This document shows, in pieces, positions 28,221-40,837 of a stretch of DNA of 64,000 nt. Location of the stretch: NCBI GenBank assembly GCA_002269645.1, contig NIVC01001170.1, positions 124,001 to 188,000 of the forward strand, written 5' to 3'. The notes beneath the pieces are model-generated. The model was not told the DNA's origin. It did no database searches and saw nothing but the letters and a program-made list of their open reading frames with translations. The translations under genes were made by a program, and so were the position numbers. The stretch comes from Macrostomum lignano. Taxonomy: Eukaryota. Within the stretch, counting starts at the first letter, position 1. Each line of letters starts with the position of its first letter.

Positions 28221-28499
28221 GTCGATCGATGGAAAATCAGCAAACTATCGACCTTCCAATTAATAGCGAACTTCACTTCAGAGAAACGTTGACTGGCTCT
28301 ATTGAAGACCATGCAAGTCAATTTCAAATAAATCATTTTTAAATTGCTAAAAGTGCTATCGATTTTGGCCATAGACTACTCGCTAACTTGCAGGTAATTT
28401 ATCGTGCTGGAAAGTACTTTCGTTTCAAACGATGTAACTATATTAAGTTTGAATAAATATACATTAGGTGCCTGACCGAAAATTGATTAATTTCAACTG

Positions 28500-28641
28500 A
28501 ATGATTGATCAATTGAATGATTGATTGATTGAATGATTGATCAATTGAATGATTGATTGATTGATTGATTGACTGACTGACTGACTGACTGATTGATTGA
28601 CTGACTGACTGACTGATTGATTGACTGACTGACTGACTGAC

Positions 28642-28672
<31 letters not shown>

Positions 28673-28763
28673 CTGACTGACTGACTGATTGATTGACTGA
28701 CTGACTGACTGATTGATTGACTGACTGACTGACTGACTGATTGATTGATTGATTGATTGATTG
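28500..28763 (+). repeat. (GATT)n/(GACT)n compound microsatellite
   Basis: Direct reading. Confidence 0.95.
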
Positions 28764-30133
28764 AGTAAATTTTAACTCAGTGCTCCACGCATTATACGAG
28801 TATAGCTATCCCGGTTGAGCTACAAGTTCACAGAAAGGAATTAGAGGCATTTGAAGAGACTCATTCACAGTCGACGTGTGAATTTAAGAGGAGTCACGCG
28901 CCTTCACTCCAAATTGTTTCAGGGAAAATTCGCATTTCGCTGGTACATGTGAGCGATAATTATTCTTACAAAATTGACACAGATCGTCTGAGGCTAATGG
29001 CGATTTGCATCATTCGATATCTTCCATCGGCTTTACGTCATCAAAAGCCGAGATCATACAAAAATGCATATTTAGCGTCGTCGCACAGAAGCGTCCTACA
29101 GAAACTGCAGGCTTTTAATCGCTTTCAAAAAACGATCAACAGACAATCAAGCTACTGGATTAGTTTCAGCGATATTCGCGCAGATTCGGGATTATCAACA
29201 GTTGGGTTTCATCCGAAGAGAGATAATCACAGGAAGTTTTATACGTACTATACACTTTGATGTGAGGCCCGAAAATTTTCTGCTTTACAATGCGTGTAGC
29301 TATAAGAGCAGCTGGTGAATATATTTATGCTCGTATAAATGGGATTTTCCCTATTTTTCTATTCGTTTAAAATAACCGAAATTTTACTATGGGCACATGC
29401 CTGCCATCATCCGAAAGCATGGTGATCAATATAATACAGTATATACAGATCGAGAATGTTTGAGCTGTACATGTAGTTAGCCATGGGCCAAGTTTACAAG
29501 TTTACATTTAATTCGACTTACGTTTTAACTAATTAGTTTGAATTTCAGTTTGCTTTACTTTCTTTGTTTAATTACTTCTTCAATTTTAGTTGTTCCCTCA
29601 TTTAATTTTCACGAATTTTTTATCTTGCTCGACAACTAACGGGAATTTTTTAGCAATTTGTATAACGCTAAGTACAAATATACGAGCGTATATGCTAAAC
29701 TTACAATAAAACAACAATGAAGCAGTAAAATTTGAGCAACAATTAAGCCATTTTAATTTTCCGCATTCGACTTCGAGTCCTTAATATCTTTAAATATGTC
29801 TACTCATAATAGTATATATAGCGCAAAAATCTGTCGGTCCTAAAACCGTCCGAAATTTCGATTTGTCAGCGTCTGCATGACCATATTCGGACGTACATAA
29901 GGAGTACTTGTGGACGAGGATAATTTGACGTCCGTCAGACGCAACTTTTTACACCGGGAAGTAAAGTACATCTACATGTGTACATTGGTTTATCTCCAGC
30001 TAGCCTTAGTTGTGTGGCTTTGGCCATAGACAATTGTACGCGTAACTGTTAACTGTATGCAAATATACTGAAGACGGCCACCGTGACTAAGCGGATTATT
30101 AAGCTAAGCCGATTTTCTATTAGAGATACAACA

Positions 30134-30152
30134 TGGCGTCGCAAGCAGGATT
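30134..30152 (+). promoter_or_regulatory. Primer-binding site, probably complementary to a tRNA-Ser 3' end
   Basis: TGG start directly after LTR-like ...AACA; resembles the reverse complement of Ser tRNA 3' ends. tRNA identity is from memory, not from a search. Confidence 0.6.
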
Positions 30153-30157
30153 AAACC

Positions 30158-33010
30158 ACTGAGAAAATCATAGCCAGCAAGATCGACATTAAATCCGCAC
30201 CGAAGTTCGACATCGAATCCCAGAAGCACCTATTTGCCCTATGGCAATCGATGTGGAAAGGATTCGAAGTGCTGTCTGGACTGACTGCAGTGGCAAACGA
30301 AGCCGAGAAGAAGAAACTGCGACTCTACACTCTACGGAACTGCCTCAGTCAGGAAACACTGAAGCTGGTGGAGAACCTGCCAAGCTTAAAGGACGAAGAC
30401 AAGTCTGACACGGATAAGATTTTGGAAGCTCTGAAGGCTTTCATAGTCGGTGAGATCAACGAACCTTATGAGAGAAGATAATTCTGGCTAAGAAGCCAAC
30501 GCCCAGATGAGTGTTTCTCAGACTGGTTCGTCTGCCTGAAAGAATTGGCCACCAAGTGCAACTTGGGCAAATGTTGCGACAACTGCGCGAAATTCATGCT
30601 TCGAGACAGGATCGTCACTGGCACGCGCGACAGCAGCGTCGTCGAGAAGCTTCTTCAAGAAGGAAACGGGCAGACCCTGGAGACAGCCAAGCGCATCTGC
30701 GAATCTGCCAAGCACAAGAGTGTCGTCATCACGGAAGAGCACTCCGCGATGAATGCCCTGAGAGGCAAATCGGCGTTCAGGGACGAGGTCCGCGACGAGA
30801 GCAGCGCAGCAAATCAACTCAACGAGTGACACAATGCTCATTTTGCGGGAAGCAGCACGCTCCCACCAGACAGAATTGCCCAGCGTTCGGCAAAGAGTGT
30901 AAGAAGTGCGGGAGGAAGAATCACTTCGCGCAAATTTGCAAGTCAACGACAGAAAGGACGAGCAAGCCGAAGAACTTCTCACAAGCACAAGGCAACACAA
31001 TCGCCTCAGTGATCTCAACGGTTAACGATGCGCTTGAGAAGATTGAAGTGACAGTGATAACAGGAAAGGGCACATGTCGAATGCCGATGCGACCGGACAC
31101 TGGGTCCAGTATAGACGCGATCCCAGCAGCCGAGTTGCCAAAGCTGAAGATCAAAGCAAAAGAGCTGGCAATGTCTATGGTAGTACCCACATGAGTCGAT
31201 GGAAGACCAATTGAGAACTTGGGAACTACAAAAGTACTTCTGAAACTGGGCGACAAAGTGCTAGAGAAGGAGATTCTTGTACTGCAGAAGAATATCTCTG
31301 GAGCAATTCTATCCCGACAGACCTGCAAGCAGTTCGCGCTGATCCCACAAGAATTCCCTCACTATATGCACATGCACCAGATAACCGGAAACAGCACACC
31401 AAGTCACGGTACCGATGCCGAGCAACTAATGTCCGAATACCCAGAGCTGTTCAAAGGTCAAGAGATGCACATGCCCTGAGAGGAATTCAAAATTAAACTA
31501 AAGACAATGACGAACCATTTGCCATCTCATGTCCAAGAAAGATCGCTGAACCCCTGAAGGACAAGCTGAAGGCCGAGTTGAACGAACTGGAGGAACAGGG
31601 CATTATTGAACGCATCACCGAGCCGACAGAGTGGTGCGCCCCAATTACAGTTTAAAATAAGAAGGAATACGGAAAGATCCGACTCATGCGTCGATTTGAG
31701 GAACCTCAACAAATACGTGGTGCGTGAACGCTACATGAGCAGTATACCACTTGAAATCGTCTCGAGATTACCACCAGGAGCAAGATTATTTACGAAGGTT
31801 GACGCTCTCAAAGGCTACCATCAAATCCCACTCGCAAAAGAATCACAGAACCTGACTACATTCATAACACCCTTCGGAAATATAGGTACAAGCGCGCCCC
31901 ATTCGGAATCAGCTCGATCTGCGAACACTACAACAGAAGAATCGATGAAGCTCTCGAAGGTATGGAAAACTCCTACCATGTAGTGGACGACATTTTAATT
32001 GCTCACTCGGACAAAGGGAAGCACATGGAAGCTGTCAGACAGTTCTTAGACAGATGCAAGAAGTTCAGAATTGCACTGAACCCCAATAAGTTTATCGTTG
32101 CGCAGCCTACAATCACATTCGCTGGATTCCGGCTCGATCACGATGGCTACTCTATCGATCCTGAGATATCAAATGCGATCCGAGAGTTCCCGACGCCAAG
32201 AAACTTAACAGACCTGCGATCCTGGTTTGGATTGATCAACCAGATCGGATCCTTCAGCAAAGCAGTTGCTGAGCAGTCACAACCGTTGCGTGACCTACTC
32301 AAGAGCAAAGAATTAGCTTCTGTTCCTACACTGGCGTATTATGATTCAAGCAGACCTACGGCGCTACACACAGATGCGTCAAGACTCAAAGGTCTTGGTT
32401 TCCTGCTAAAACAGAGGCAGCGCGATGGCGCATGGAAGCCTGTACAAGCTGGATCAAGATTTCTCTCTGCTGCAGAAAGCAGGTACGCGATGATCGAATT
32501 GGAATTATTAGCTGTTGCCTGGGCCGCTAAGAAGTGCCACCTCTTCCTGGAAGGACTGCATCACTTTGAAATAGTGATCGACCACAAGCCATTGGAGCCC
32601 ATTTTAAACGATTACACCCTGGACCAAGTCGACAACCCGAGAATTCAGCGGCTGCGGCAAAAGCTCGACCGATTCTGCTTCACAGCTCGGTGGATCAAGG
32701 GCAAGCTAAATGAATACGCCGACGCACTGTCCAGAGCGCCGGTGGAGGAGCCTAAAGCGAGCGATCAGATCCTGGAATTCGACAACAGGGAGCAGGCTAT
32801 CAGCTCAGTGCACGCTCTAGATGGTTTTCCAAACTGCAAGGCGAACCTCCAAGAGAACATCCGTGCGTACTGGCACCTATGGCAACAACTCTGCGTCTGC
32901 GTCGAAGACGACCTCGTCCTGGGTACTGATCCCGGCTACTGATCCCTAGGAAGCTAAGGAGAAGCGTCCTCGAAAATCTACTGAAGATGCATCAGGGATG
33001 CGTGCCTGAG
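30158..33010 (+). pseudogene. gag-pol pseudogene with in-frame stops, frameshifts and deletions
   Basis: Domains are spread over ORFs 30251, 30545, 30511, 31219, 31606 and 31962 in different frames; in-frame TAA at 30479. Confidence 0.92.
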
Positions 33011-33685
33011 TTCAGCATTGGCGCGCTTATATATGTGCTCAGGAATCGTCTCAATCCTGGTTATGGCCTATGGGACGATGTCGCCAAAGGCCTTGCGCCG
33101 GGAGCCCACAGAATTTAATCTTAACAACTCAACCCGAACGATTAACCCAAACCTAAATAAATTGTCGGTAGCTACTCCAATTGGGTCAGTCAAATGTCGG
33201 GAATTGCACTGATTTACGAAGCTCAGAGAGGAAGCGAAATCTCGTGCCTCTGATAACTGAAGTTTTACCAATATCTTAACAGCTACAGAACTCAAAATCT
33301 ATTTAATACTATAAAAAATCAAAGAATATGAATGAACGATTTTTTGAGCAAAGCATACGCACAGATTCAGTATGCTACTAAATATGCTACTAAAAAAAGA
33401 CAAATGCATTTTTAGTAACAAAAAAGCAGTTCTGCAGTTTGTACAAAGGAAAGGATAACATAATTAGCTTCAGTTGAAAAAAGGCAGTAAAAAGATGACA
33501 TAAACAGTTACTAAAAAACTACCACGTAGCAAATATTGAATGGGAGATTAACGTGTTGTCACGATAAAAGAAATGTGATTAAAAGCTTAATTAAACTATT
33601 AAAAAGTAAATAAAATAAGACTTCTTTCAGCCCCCTTGAGTACAGCTTTAGCGTCCCTAGGGTTGCTGCCGATGGTGCTGATGCT

Positions 33686-33912
33686 CAGGGGCGTCGCCAC
33701 GGGGGTAAACAGGGCGGCATCCCCCCACCCCACCTTGTGATCCGTTATGGAAATCAATAATTTTGCTTCGTGGCGCCACAATATAGCGCCTTCGGCGCCC
33801 GAATGGAGGCCTGCGGCGCTAAAAAAGTTGCTAGAAACACTGATTCCCAAATCAATGTAGGAATTTAAGTCATGCAGAAATTTTCGCCCAAAAATCCATG
33901 GCGACGCCCCCG
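33686..33912. mobile_element. About 227-bp hAT-like MITE
   Basis: TIR CAGGGGCGTCGCCA / TGGCGACGCCCCCG (13 of 14 match); 8-bp TSD not evident. Confidence 0.55.
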
Positions 33913-34090
33913 CAGTGGTGCTCCTGACCCGGGCAACCCTTCAAATGAAACGGCAAATCAAATAAACAAAGCGCACCCCTCCAGTGAAAGATCTGGATGG
34001 CATGCCGAGTGGTTCCTTCAAACAATACGCGTATTTTGATACAGAATCACTAGAATTATCATGAAGTAGGAAATTATTTGAGCACAATCT

Positions 34091-34672
34091 TTACAGCGCC
34101 TGGCTGACACAAAACAGCAGCATTGAGACGGCCAATAGTATGGCCCACCGCCACCAGCAGCTCCAAGGCGACTCGAGCTGCAAGCCTTCAACTGTGTTGG
34201 CTTTGGCCAGCATTGGCTGCAGATATCGTCCAGAAACCAATACGTGAGCCAAGTCTGGCAGCATGAGGCCGGCATTTCTCGAGTGGTGCATGAAAGAAGC
34301 CAGCCTACTGGCTCGCACAGCCGCAGATGCCGGGTCGAACAGGTAATGATCGGCGAATCCGCTGACCAGGTGCGACGCCGCTAAGCAGAACACAATTGAC
34401 AACTTGACTCGATTGATAGCCGATTCGACATTGCACAGGTGCAATACTAGCGCGGCAACGATTAGCTCGCTAGCGTAAAAGTACATATGATGCCTAATAA
34501 GACTGTACATTGGCGTCTTCTCGTTCAGGTACATTAAATAGCTCCACCAGGAGTAATAGTTGGGATAGATGTTGAGCAAAGTTAGACAGACGAAAGCTGG
34601 ACGAAGTTTACTGAGGCCGTGGCGCATGACAATGCAGGTGAGGCTCTCGACAGCTTTGTAACATAGCAGCGC
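34091..34672 (-). CDS. Conserved uncharacterised multipass membrane protein, exon 2
   Basis: Acceptor TCACAG|GCG at 34673/34672, phase 0, stop at 34091. Motifs NIYPNYYSWWSY, HHMYFYASEL..LHLCN and RNAGLMLPDLAH, which I recall from an unnamed invertebrate family; several hydrophobic segments. Confidence 0.85.
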   Translation of the reverse strand, partial: ALLCYKAVESLTCIVMRHGLSKLRPAFVCLTLLNIYPNYYSWWSYLMYLNEKTPMYSLIRHHMYFYASELIVAALVLHLCNVESAINRVKLSIVFCLAASHLVSGFADHYLFDPASAAVRASRLASFMHHSRNAGLMLPDLAHVLVSGRYLQPMLAKANTVEGLQLESPWSCWWRWAILLAVSMLLFCVSQAL

Positions 34673-35032
34673 CTGTGATGATGATTTCATCATTAAATTA
34701 TGCTTTGATTACAACAAGGGTGACCTTGGAGTGGCTTCAAATTCAAACACTTCATCATAAACTAGCAGTGCAATCAGAAAACACTCGCTGTTTCTTAACC
34801 TATCCGTTCTATGTTGAAACTTGTTGTATGTGACACTTGGTGATTCACAATTATCTCGTTTATGGGAGATATAGCGATTCACAATATCCCCCCTTTAAGG
34901 AAGATTTATCGATTCACAATATCCCCTTTATGGGAGATTTAAAGATTCTCAAATTCCCCTTTATGGGAGATTTATCGATTCACAAAAGCCCTTTTTATTC
35001 ATAAAATACACAAGCACTATAAGATTGCACAC

Positions 35033-35314
35033 CTGCAGCACAGTGAGGCAGTACATGGCCAATGTGCACCCATTGCTATTCCAGTAAACGCTGTGATAGG
35101 CATGCTGTCCAGGCGTCTCCCTCGATCCCACGCTGATCGTGTCCCAGCACGCGCACCCAGCACAAGTGGCAAGGTCAACTTCGGTTTTGGCGAATAAATG
35201 GCGAGTGGCAATGTGTTGAACAGCAGGGATGCCACATAGTAGAGTTATGGCTGTTGCCATGGCAACTAGGGTGGGGCCAGTGTGGCCTAGCGTGGCGGCA
35301 GCAAGTCTCAGCAT
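35033..35314 (-). CDS. Conserved uncharacterised multipass membrane protein, exon 1
   Basis: ATG at 35314, N-terminal hydrophobic helix, CACWDT motif; donor CAG|GTGTGC at 35033/35032, phase 0. Total about 287 aa. Confidence 0.8.
35253..35266. promoter_or_regulatory. Perfect palindromic RFX X-box GTTGCCATGGCAAC within coding exon 1
   Basis: Exact match to the canonical X-box; function untested. Confidence 0.5.
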
Positions 35315-37829
35315 GAAGTTAAAGTTAAAGATCTACTTAAAAATGTAAAAAACAAAACATTACTATGTATAAATTTAGCTAGAACAATCACCATATAGTT
35401 AATTTTAAGAGTTTTACTTCCATGGTCTACAAAGTCATATTCTTGATGAAAAATTACCCAAGACTATTTATAATCATATTAAAGAGCATGGCATACTGAT
35501 ATCTTTATCTAGGTGTTTTGTGTCATAGTTATGCTAGGGGATAAAAGAATTTTTGCCATAATAAAAAAGACTATTATTCTATTTGGAATAAAGGTTTTTT
35601 AAAATAATAAAATATATTGTTAATGAAATAAAAGACAATTTTGGTAGAAATCTATGAAGTCATATTTTATTTTATTTTATTTTTTGTAGTTTTGTTCAAT
35701 GGAAAAATTTTACTTTTAGATGTTCTAGAAGATGTGAAATATACATGATAAAGATGACCAATTTTTATATAAAAAGTTGAACTTGATGAAATTAGAAAAA
35801 CATGTCAAATAGTTGGCCCTTTATGCTACTTAATTTAAAAAGAAGTTATCAAATAAAAACAAGTAATAGCAACATAAAATTATTTTGTGAAAACTTTTCT
35901 TTGTTTAAATAGTTTTTGGAGCCAGTTATTTGTAGAACTTTGTGTATAATATATGTATATTCAATATAAAATTTATATATAAAAGGGAATGCTAAAAACC
36001 ATAGTTTCATAAAAAGTAGCATAAGTACAATATTTATTTTTAATCATTTCAAGCTATTTTCTTAGGCTCTATATACTTCTGAAATAAGCTTAAATATATT
36101 TTGGTATTTTTAGAGACCTAGAACAGGCCATACTAATATTAATAATAAAGATCTAACATTGGATCCTAATGCTAATGTATTATGTATCTAGTATTAGTTT
36201 AGGCCTACCTATTGTTACTCAAATAGTTTCATTTTGATTCTACACCAGCAAGTATGAGTCAGCGTCATCAGCAACCAGCCTAAGTCAACAATACTGAGTA
36301 GAGACATGCCTGAATAAAAATTTGTAATTCTTTAGCAATTCTTTTAGCAAAATAAATAGTGTAAAATTATATACAGTGTAACTGAAATTATGAAATTTCA
36401 ACAAGGAAAATGTTGCTAAAAATGAAGGAAACTCTCAGTTATTTTTTAGAGTCTCTCCGAGTTAATTATTAAGTAACAAATTATGAAACAACAGAATTTA
36501 TTTCTAGGCGCGACATAACTATAATATTATATAATTTTATCATTTATTAAGAGATAGTTATACGATGAACAAGGTCATTTCAGCAAAAGCGCTCATGCAC
36601 TTTAAAAAGATATTTTAAGTCCGTAAGTTAAAAATTTGCTAACTGTACTTGTGTCAAAAAGAAAAAAACGTTTCTGTTTAACAATATAATCTGTGTATAT
36701 TTATATTACTTATTAACAAACTAAAAGTTTACCTTTATCATATATTAACTATATTCATTGGATATTTTGTTTACAATCAGATATTCTTCGGATTTAGGCT
36801 TGTCACTTGTCAAGTTATCGCGGCATGCAATCGAAACAGTCACTCATATCTTTATCTTTTATAATTAAATCTGCAGGAATATATAATCCCCTTTTTTCAT
36901 AAAAATTTAGATTAAAAGTGAAAATCAAGCAGAAAAACGAGTAAACACATCTGGTGAATTAACATCTATACATGTGCCCCAGAAATAAAAATCCTATTTT
37001 TTACTTTCTGTAGCTTTTTTTCCAAAAGTATACGCTAGCTGCGCTGTTGCTACAGCTTAAGATAGATTTTGCATCAGTGACACTCACAACGCTCAACTTT
37101 ATATCTTAAACAACTTTGTAGGCTCGTATATCTACATATACTAAATCTCTAATATTTGTTTGTATGCTTGTCCATAATCTAAATATACTAAATCTCTAAG
37201 GTTTGTATGTTTGAATGTCCATCCTTCCTATCCTATATACTAAAAATGAGTTGTCTGTATGTGGGTATGTGGGTATGCGATAGACTTCAGAAAAATTGGC
37301 TCAACCGATTTTCTTCAAACTTGCACCATTCGATCAGAAATTTTCCTGGGACGGTACATGCATCTTGGCTAAGAAATTGCTCAATGTTAAAGGGATTAAA
37401 TATTCGAAAAACATGCTTTTTTGCAAAGGTCAAGCAAAATTTTCGACTTGAAATGCATTGTAAGAATGCTAGAGAAAAAAATGACTGGCTGAATTCCGAT
37501 TGTGATAAAGATTGCATCACAACAAGTTGAAAACAGTGTCAAAGATATGCACACACGACTTGAATGAAATTGCATAACCATATTGGCAACTTAAATTGAG
37601 ACTGATTCTGGCTGACTGAGAAATTGATTATGTCATAACTTTTTACTCCAATTGACTTGCTGTAAGAATTGAATTATAAGGGCCACAATTCATGTTCTCC
37701 AATTGAAAAAGATAGCCCAGATGCGAACAGACTGGAATGCTATTGTAGCGACCTGGGTTCGAATCTTAGTAGTGCAAAAAAGATTTTTTTTTATTAAAAC
37801 ACCTTAAAAACACAAAACTTCTAAACATA

Positions 37830-40800
37830 AAAGAAGCGCAATGTCAAACATAGAAAAGCTACCATGTCGAACATAAAAGAGCCAACATATCGAATATTAA
37901 AGAGCCACCATGTCAAACCTAAACGAGCCACCATGTCTAATATTTAAGAGGCACCATGTAAAACATATAAGTGACTTTATGTCAAACATAAAAGAGCCAC
38001 CATTTCGAACATTAAACAGCCACCATTTCGAACATTAAAGAGCCACGATGTCGAAAATAAAAGAGCCACTATTTCGAACAATAAAGAGCCACCATGTCGA
38101 CCATATAAGAGCAACTATTTCGAACATCAAAGAGCCACTATGTCAAACATTTAGGAGCCACTTTGTCAAACATGAAAGAGCCGCCATGTAAAATAACAAA
38201 GAGCTACCATGTTAAACATAAAAGAGCCACCGTGTAAAACATTAAAGAGCCACCATGTCAAACATTAAAGAGCCACCATGTCAAACATTCAAAAGCCACA
38301 TTGTCAAACATTAAAGAGCCATTATGTCGTACATTAAAGAGCCACCATTTCGAACATTAAAGAGCCACCATGTCGAACATAAAAGAGCCACTATTTCGAA
38401 CAATAAAGAGCCACCATTTCGAACGTAAAAGAGCCACCATGTCTATCATTAAAGAGCCACCATGTCAAACATTCAAAAGCCACATTGTCAAACATTAAAG
38501 AGCCAACATGTCAGACATTAAAAAAGCCACCGTATCAAATATAAAAGAGTTACCATGTAGAACAAAAAAGAGCCACCATTTCGAACATAAAAGAGCCAAC
38601 ATGTCAAACATAAAGAGCCACCATGTCAAACATTTAAGAGCCACCATGTCAAACATATATGTGACTTTATGTCAAACATTAAAGAGCCACCATTTTGGAC
38701 ATAACAGAGCTACCATGTAAAACATTAAAGAGCCACCATGTCAAACATTAAAGAGCCACCATGTCGAACATTAAAGAGCCACCATGTCGAATATTAAAGA
38801 GCCACCATGTCGAACATTAAAGAGCCACCATGTCAAACATTAAAAGTCACCATGCTAAACATTAAAGAGCCACCATATCAAGCATAAAAGAGCCACCATG
38901 TCAAACCTAAAAGAGCCACCATGTCAAAAATAAAAGAGCCACCATTTCGAACATTAAAGAGCCACCATGTCGACCATAAAAGAGCCACTATTTCGAACAT
39001 CAAAGAGCCACTATGTCAAACATTTAGGAGCCACTTTTTTGAACATTAAAGAGCCACCATGTCAAACATAAAAGAGCCACAATGTAGAATATTAAAGAGC
39101 TACCATGTAAAACATTAAAGAGCCACCATTTGAAACATTAAAGAGTCACCATGTCAAACATTTAGGGCCACCATGTCAAACATTTAAGAGCCACCATGTA
39201 AAACAAAAGAGCCACCATTTCGAACATTAAAGAGCCACCATGTCAAACATTTAAGAGCCACCATGTCAAACATATATGTGACTTTATGTCAAACATTAAA
39301 GAACCACCATGTCGAACATTAAAGTGCCACCATGTGTAACATAAAAGAGCTATATCATGAAGAACATCAAAGAGCCACCATTTCAAACATTGAAGAGCCA
39401 CTATTTCGAAAATTAAAGAGCCACCATGTCAAACATTAAAGAGCCACTTTGTCGAACATTAAAGAGCCACCATGTCAAACATAAAAGAGCCAACATGTCA
39501 GACATTAAAAAGCCAGCGTATCAAACATAAAATAGTTACCATGTCGAACAAAAAAGAGCCACCATGTCGAACAAAAAAGAGCCACCATGAAGAACATTAA
39601 AGAGCCACCATGTCGAACATTAAAGAGCCACCATGAAGAACATTAAAGAGCCACCATGTCAAACATAAAAGAGCCACCATGTTAAACATAGAAGAGCCAC
39701 CATGTCAGATGTTAAAAAGAGCCACCATGTCGAACATATATGTGACTTTATGTCAAACATTAAGGAGCCACCATTTCGAACATTAAAGAGCCACCATGTC
39801 GAACATTAAAGAGCCACCATGTAAAAAATTAAAGAGCCACATTGTTAAACATAAAAGAGCCATTATGTCGTACATTAAAGAGCCACCATGTAAAACATTA
39901 AAGAGCCGCCATGTCAAAACATAAAAGTGCCATCATGTCAAACCAAAAGGACCCACCATGTCTAACAGAAAAGAGCCACCATGTCAAACATTAAAGAGCC
40001 ACCATGTCAGACATAAATCTGGCATGATGTCAAACATTAAAGTGCCACCATATCGAACATTAAAGAGCCACCATGTCGAACATTAAAGGGCCACCATGTA
40101 GAACATTAAAGAGCCACCATGTCGAACATTAAAAAGCCAACATGTCGAACATTAAAAAGCCACCATGTCAAACCTAAAAGAACCACCATGTCGAACATTA
40201 AAGAGCCACCATGTAGAACATTAAAGAGCCACCATGTCGAACATTAAAGAACCACCATGTCGAACATTAAAGAGCCACCATGTCAAACATAAATCTGGCA
40301 TGATGTCAAACATTAAAGTGCCACCATATCGAACATTAAAGAGCCACCATGTCGAACATTAAAGGGCCACCATGTAGAACATTAAAGAGCCACCATGTCG
40401 AACATTAAAGAGCCACCATGTCAAAAATTAAAGGACCACCATGTCGAACATTAAAGGGCCACCATGTAGAACATTAAAGAGCCACCATGTCGAACATTAA
40501 AGAACCACCATGTCGAACATTAAAGAGCCACCATGTCAAACATAAATCTGGCATGATGTCAAACATTAAAGTGCCACCATATCGAACATTAAAGAGCCAC
40601 CATGTCGAACATTAAAGAGCCACCATGTCAAAAATTAAAGGACCACCATGTCGAACATTAAAGAGCCACCATGTAAAACATTAAAGAGCCACCATGTAAA
40701 ACATTAAAGAGCCACATTGTTAAACATAGAAGAGCCACCATGTCTAACATTAAAGAACCACCATGTCGAACATTAAAGAGCCACCATGTCTAACATTAAA

Positions 40801-40835
40801 GAGCCACCAATTCTAACAGTAAAAAGCCACCATGT
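37830..40835 (+). repeat. 21-bp minisatellite (GAGCCACCATGTCRAACATWAAA)n in Helitron copy 1; also at 42045-44440 and 45760-48745
   Basis: Direct reading; roughly 110-140 diverged units per copy. Confidence 0.96.
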
Positions 40836-40837
40836 CG

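Larger units (their letters stand above)
30008..33110 (+). mobile_element. Decayed Ty3/Gypsy LTR retrotransposon (Mag-like), 3' truncated
   Basis: Gag with Cys/His knuckle (CSFCGKQH...CPAFGKECKKCGRKNHFAQIC), protease DTG, RT (VDLRNLN, KVDALKGYHQIPL, VVDDILI), RNase H (TDAS, IELELLAV, DHKPL, ADALSR), and only integrase fragments. Putative short 5' LTR ending AACA at 30133, then PBS-like TGGCGTCGCAAGCAGGATT. Confidence 0.93.
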
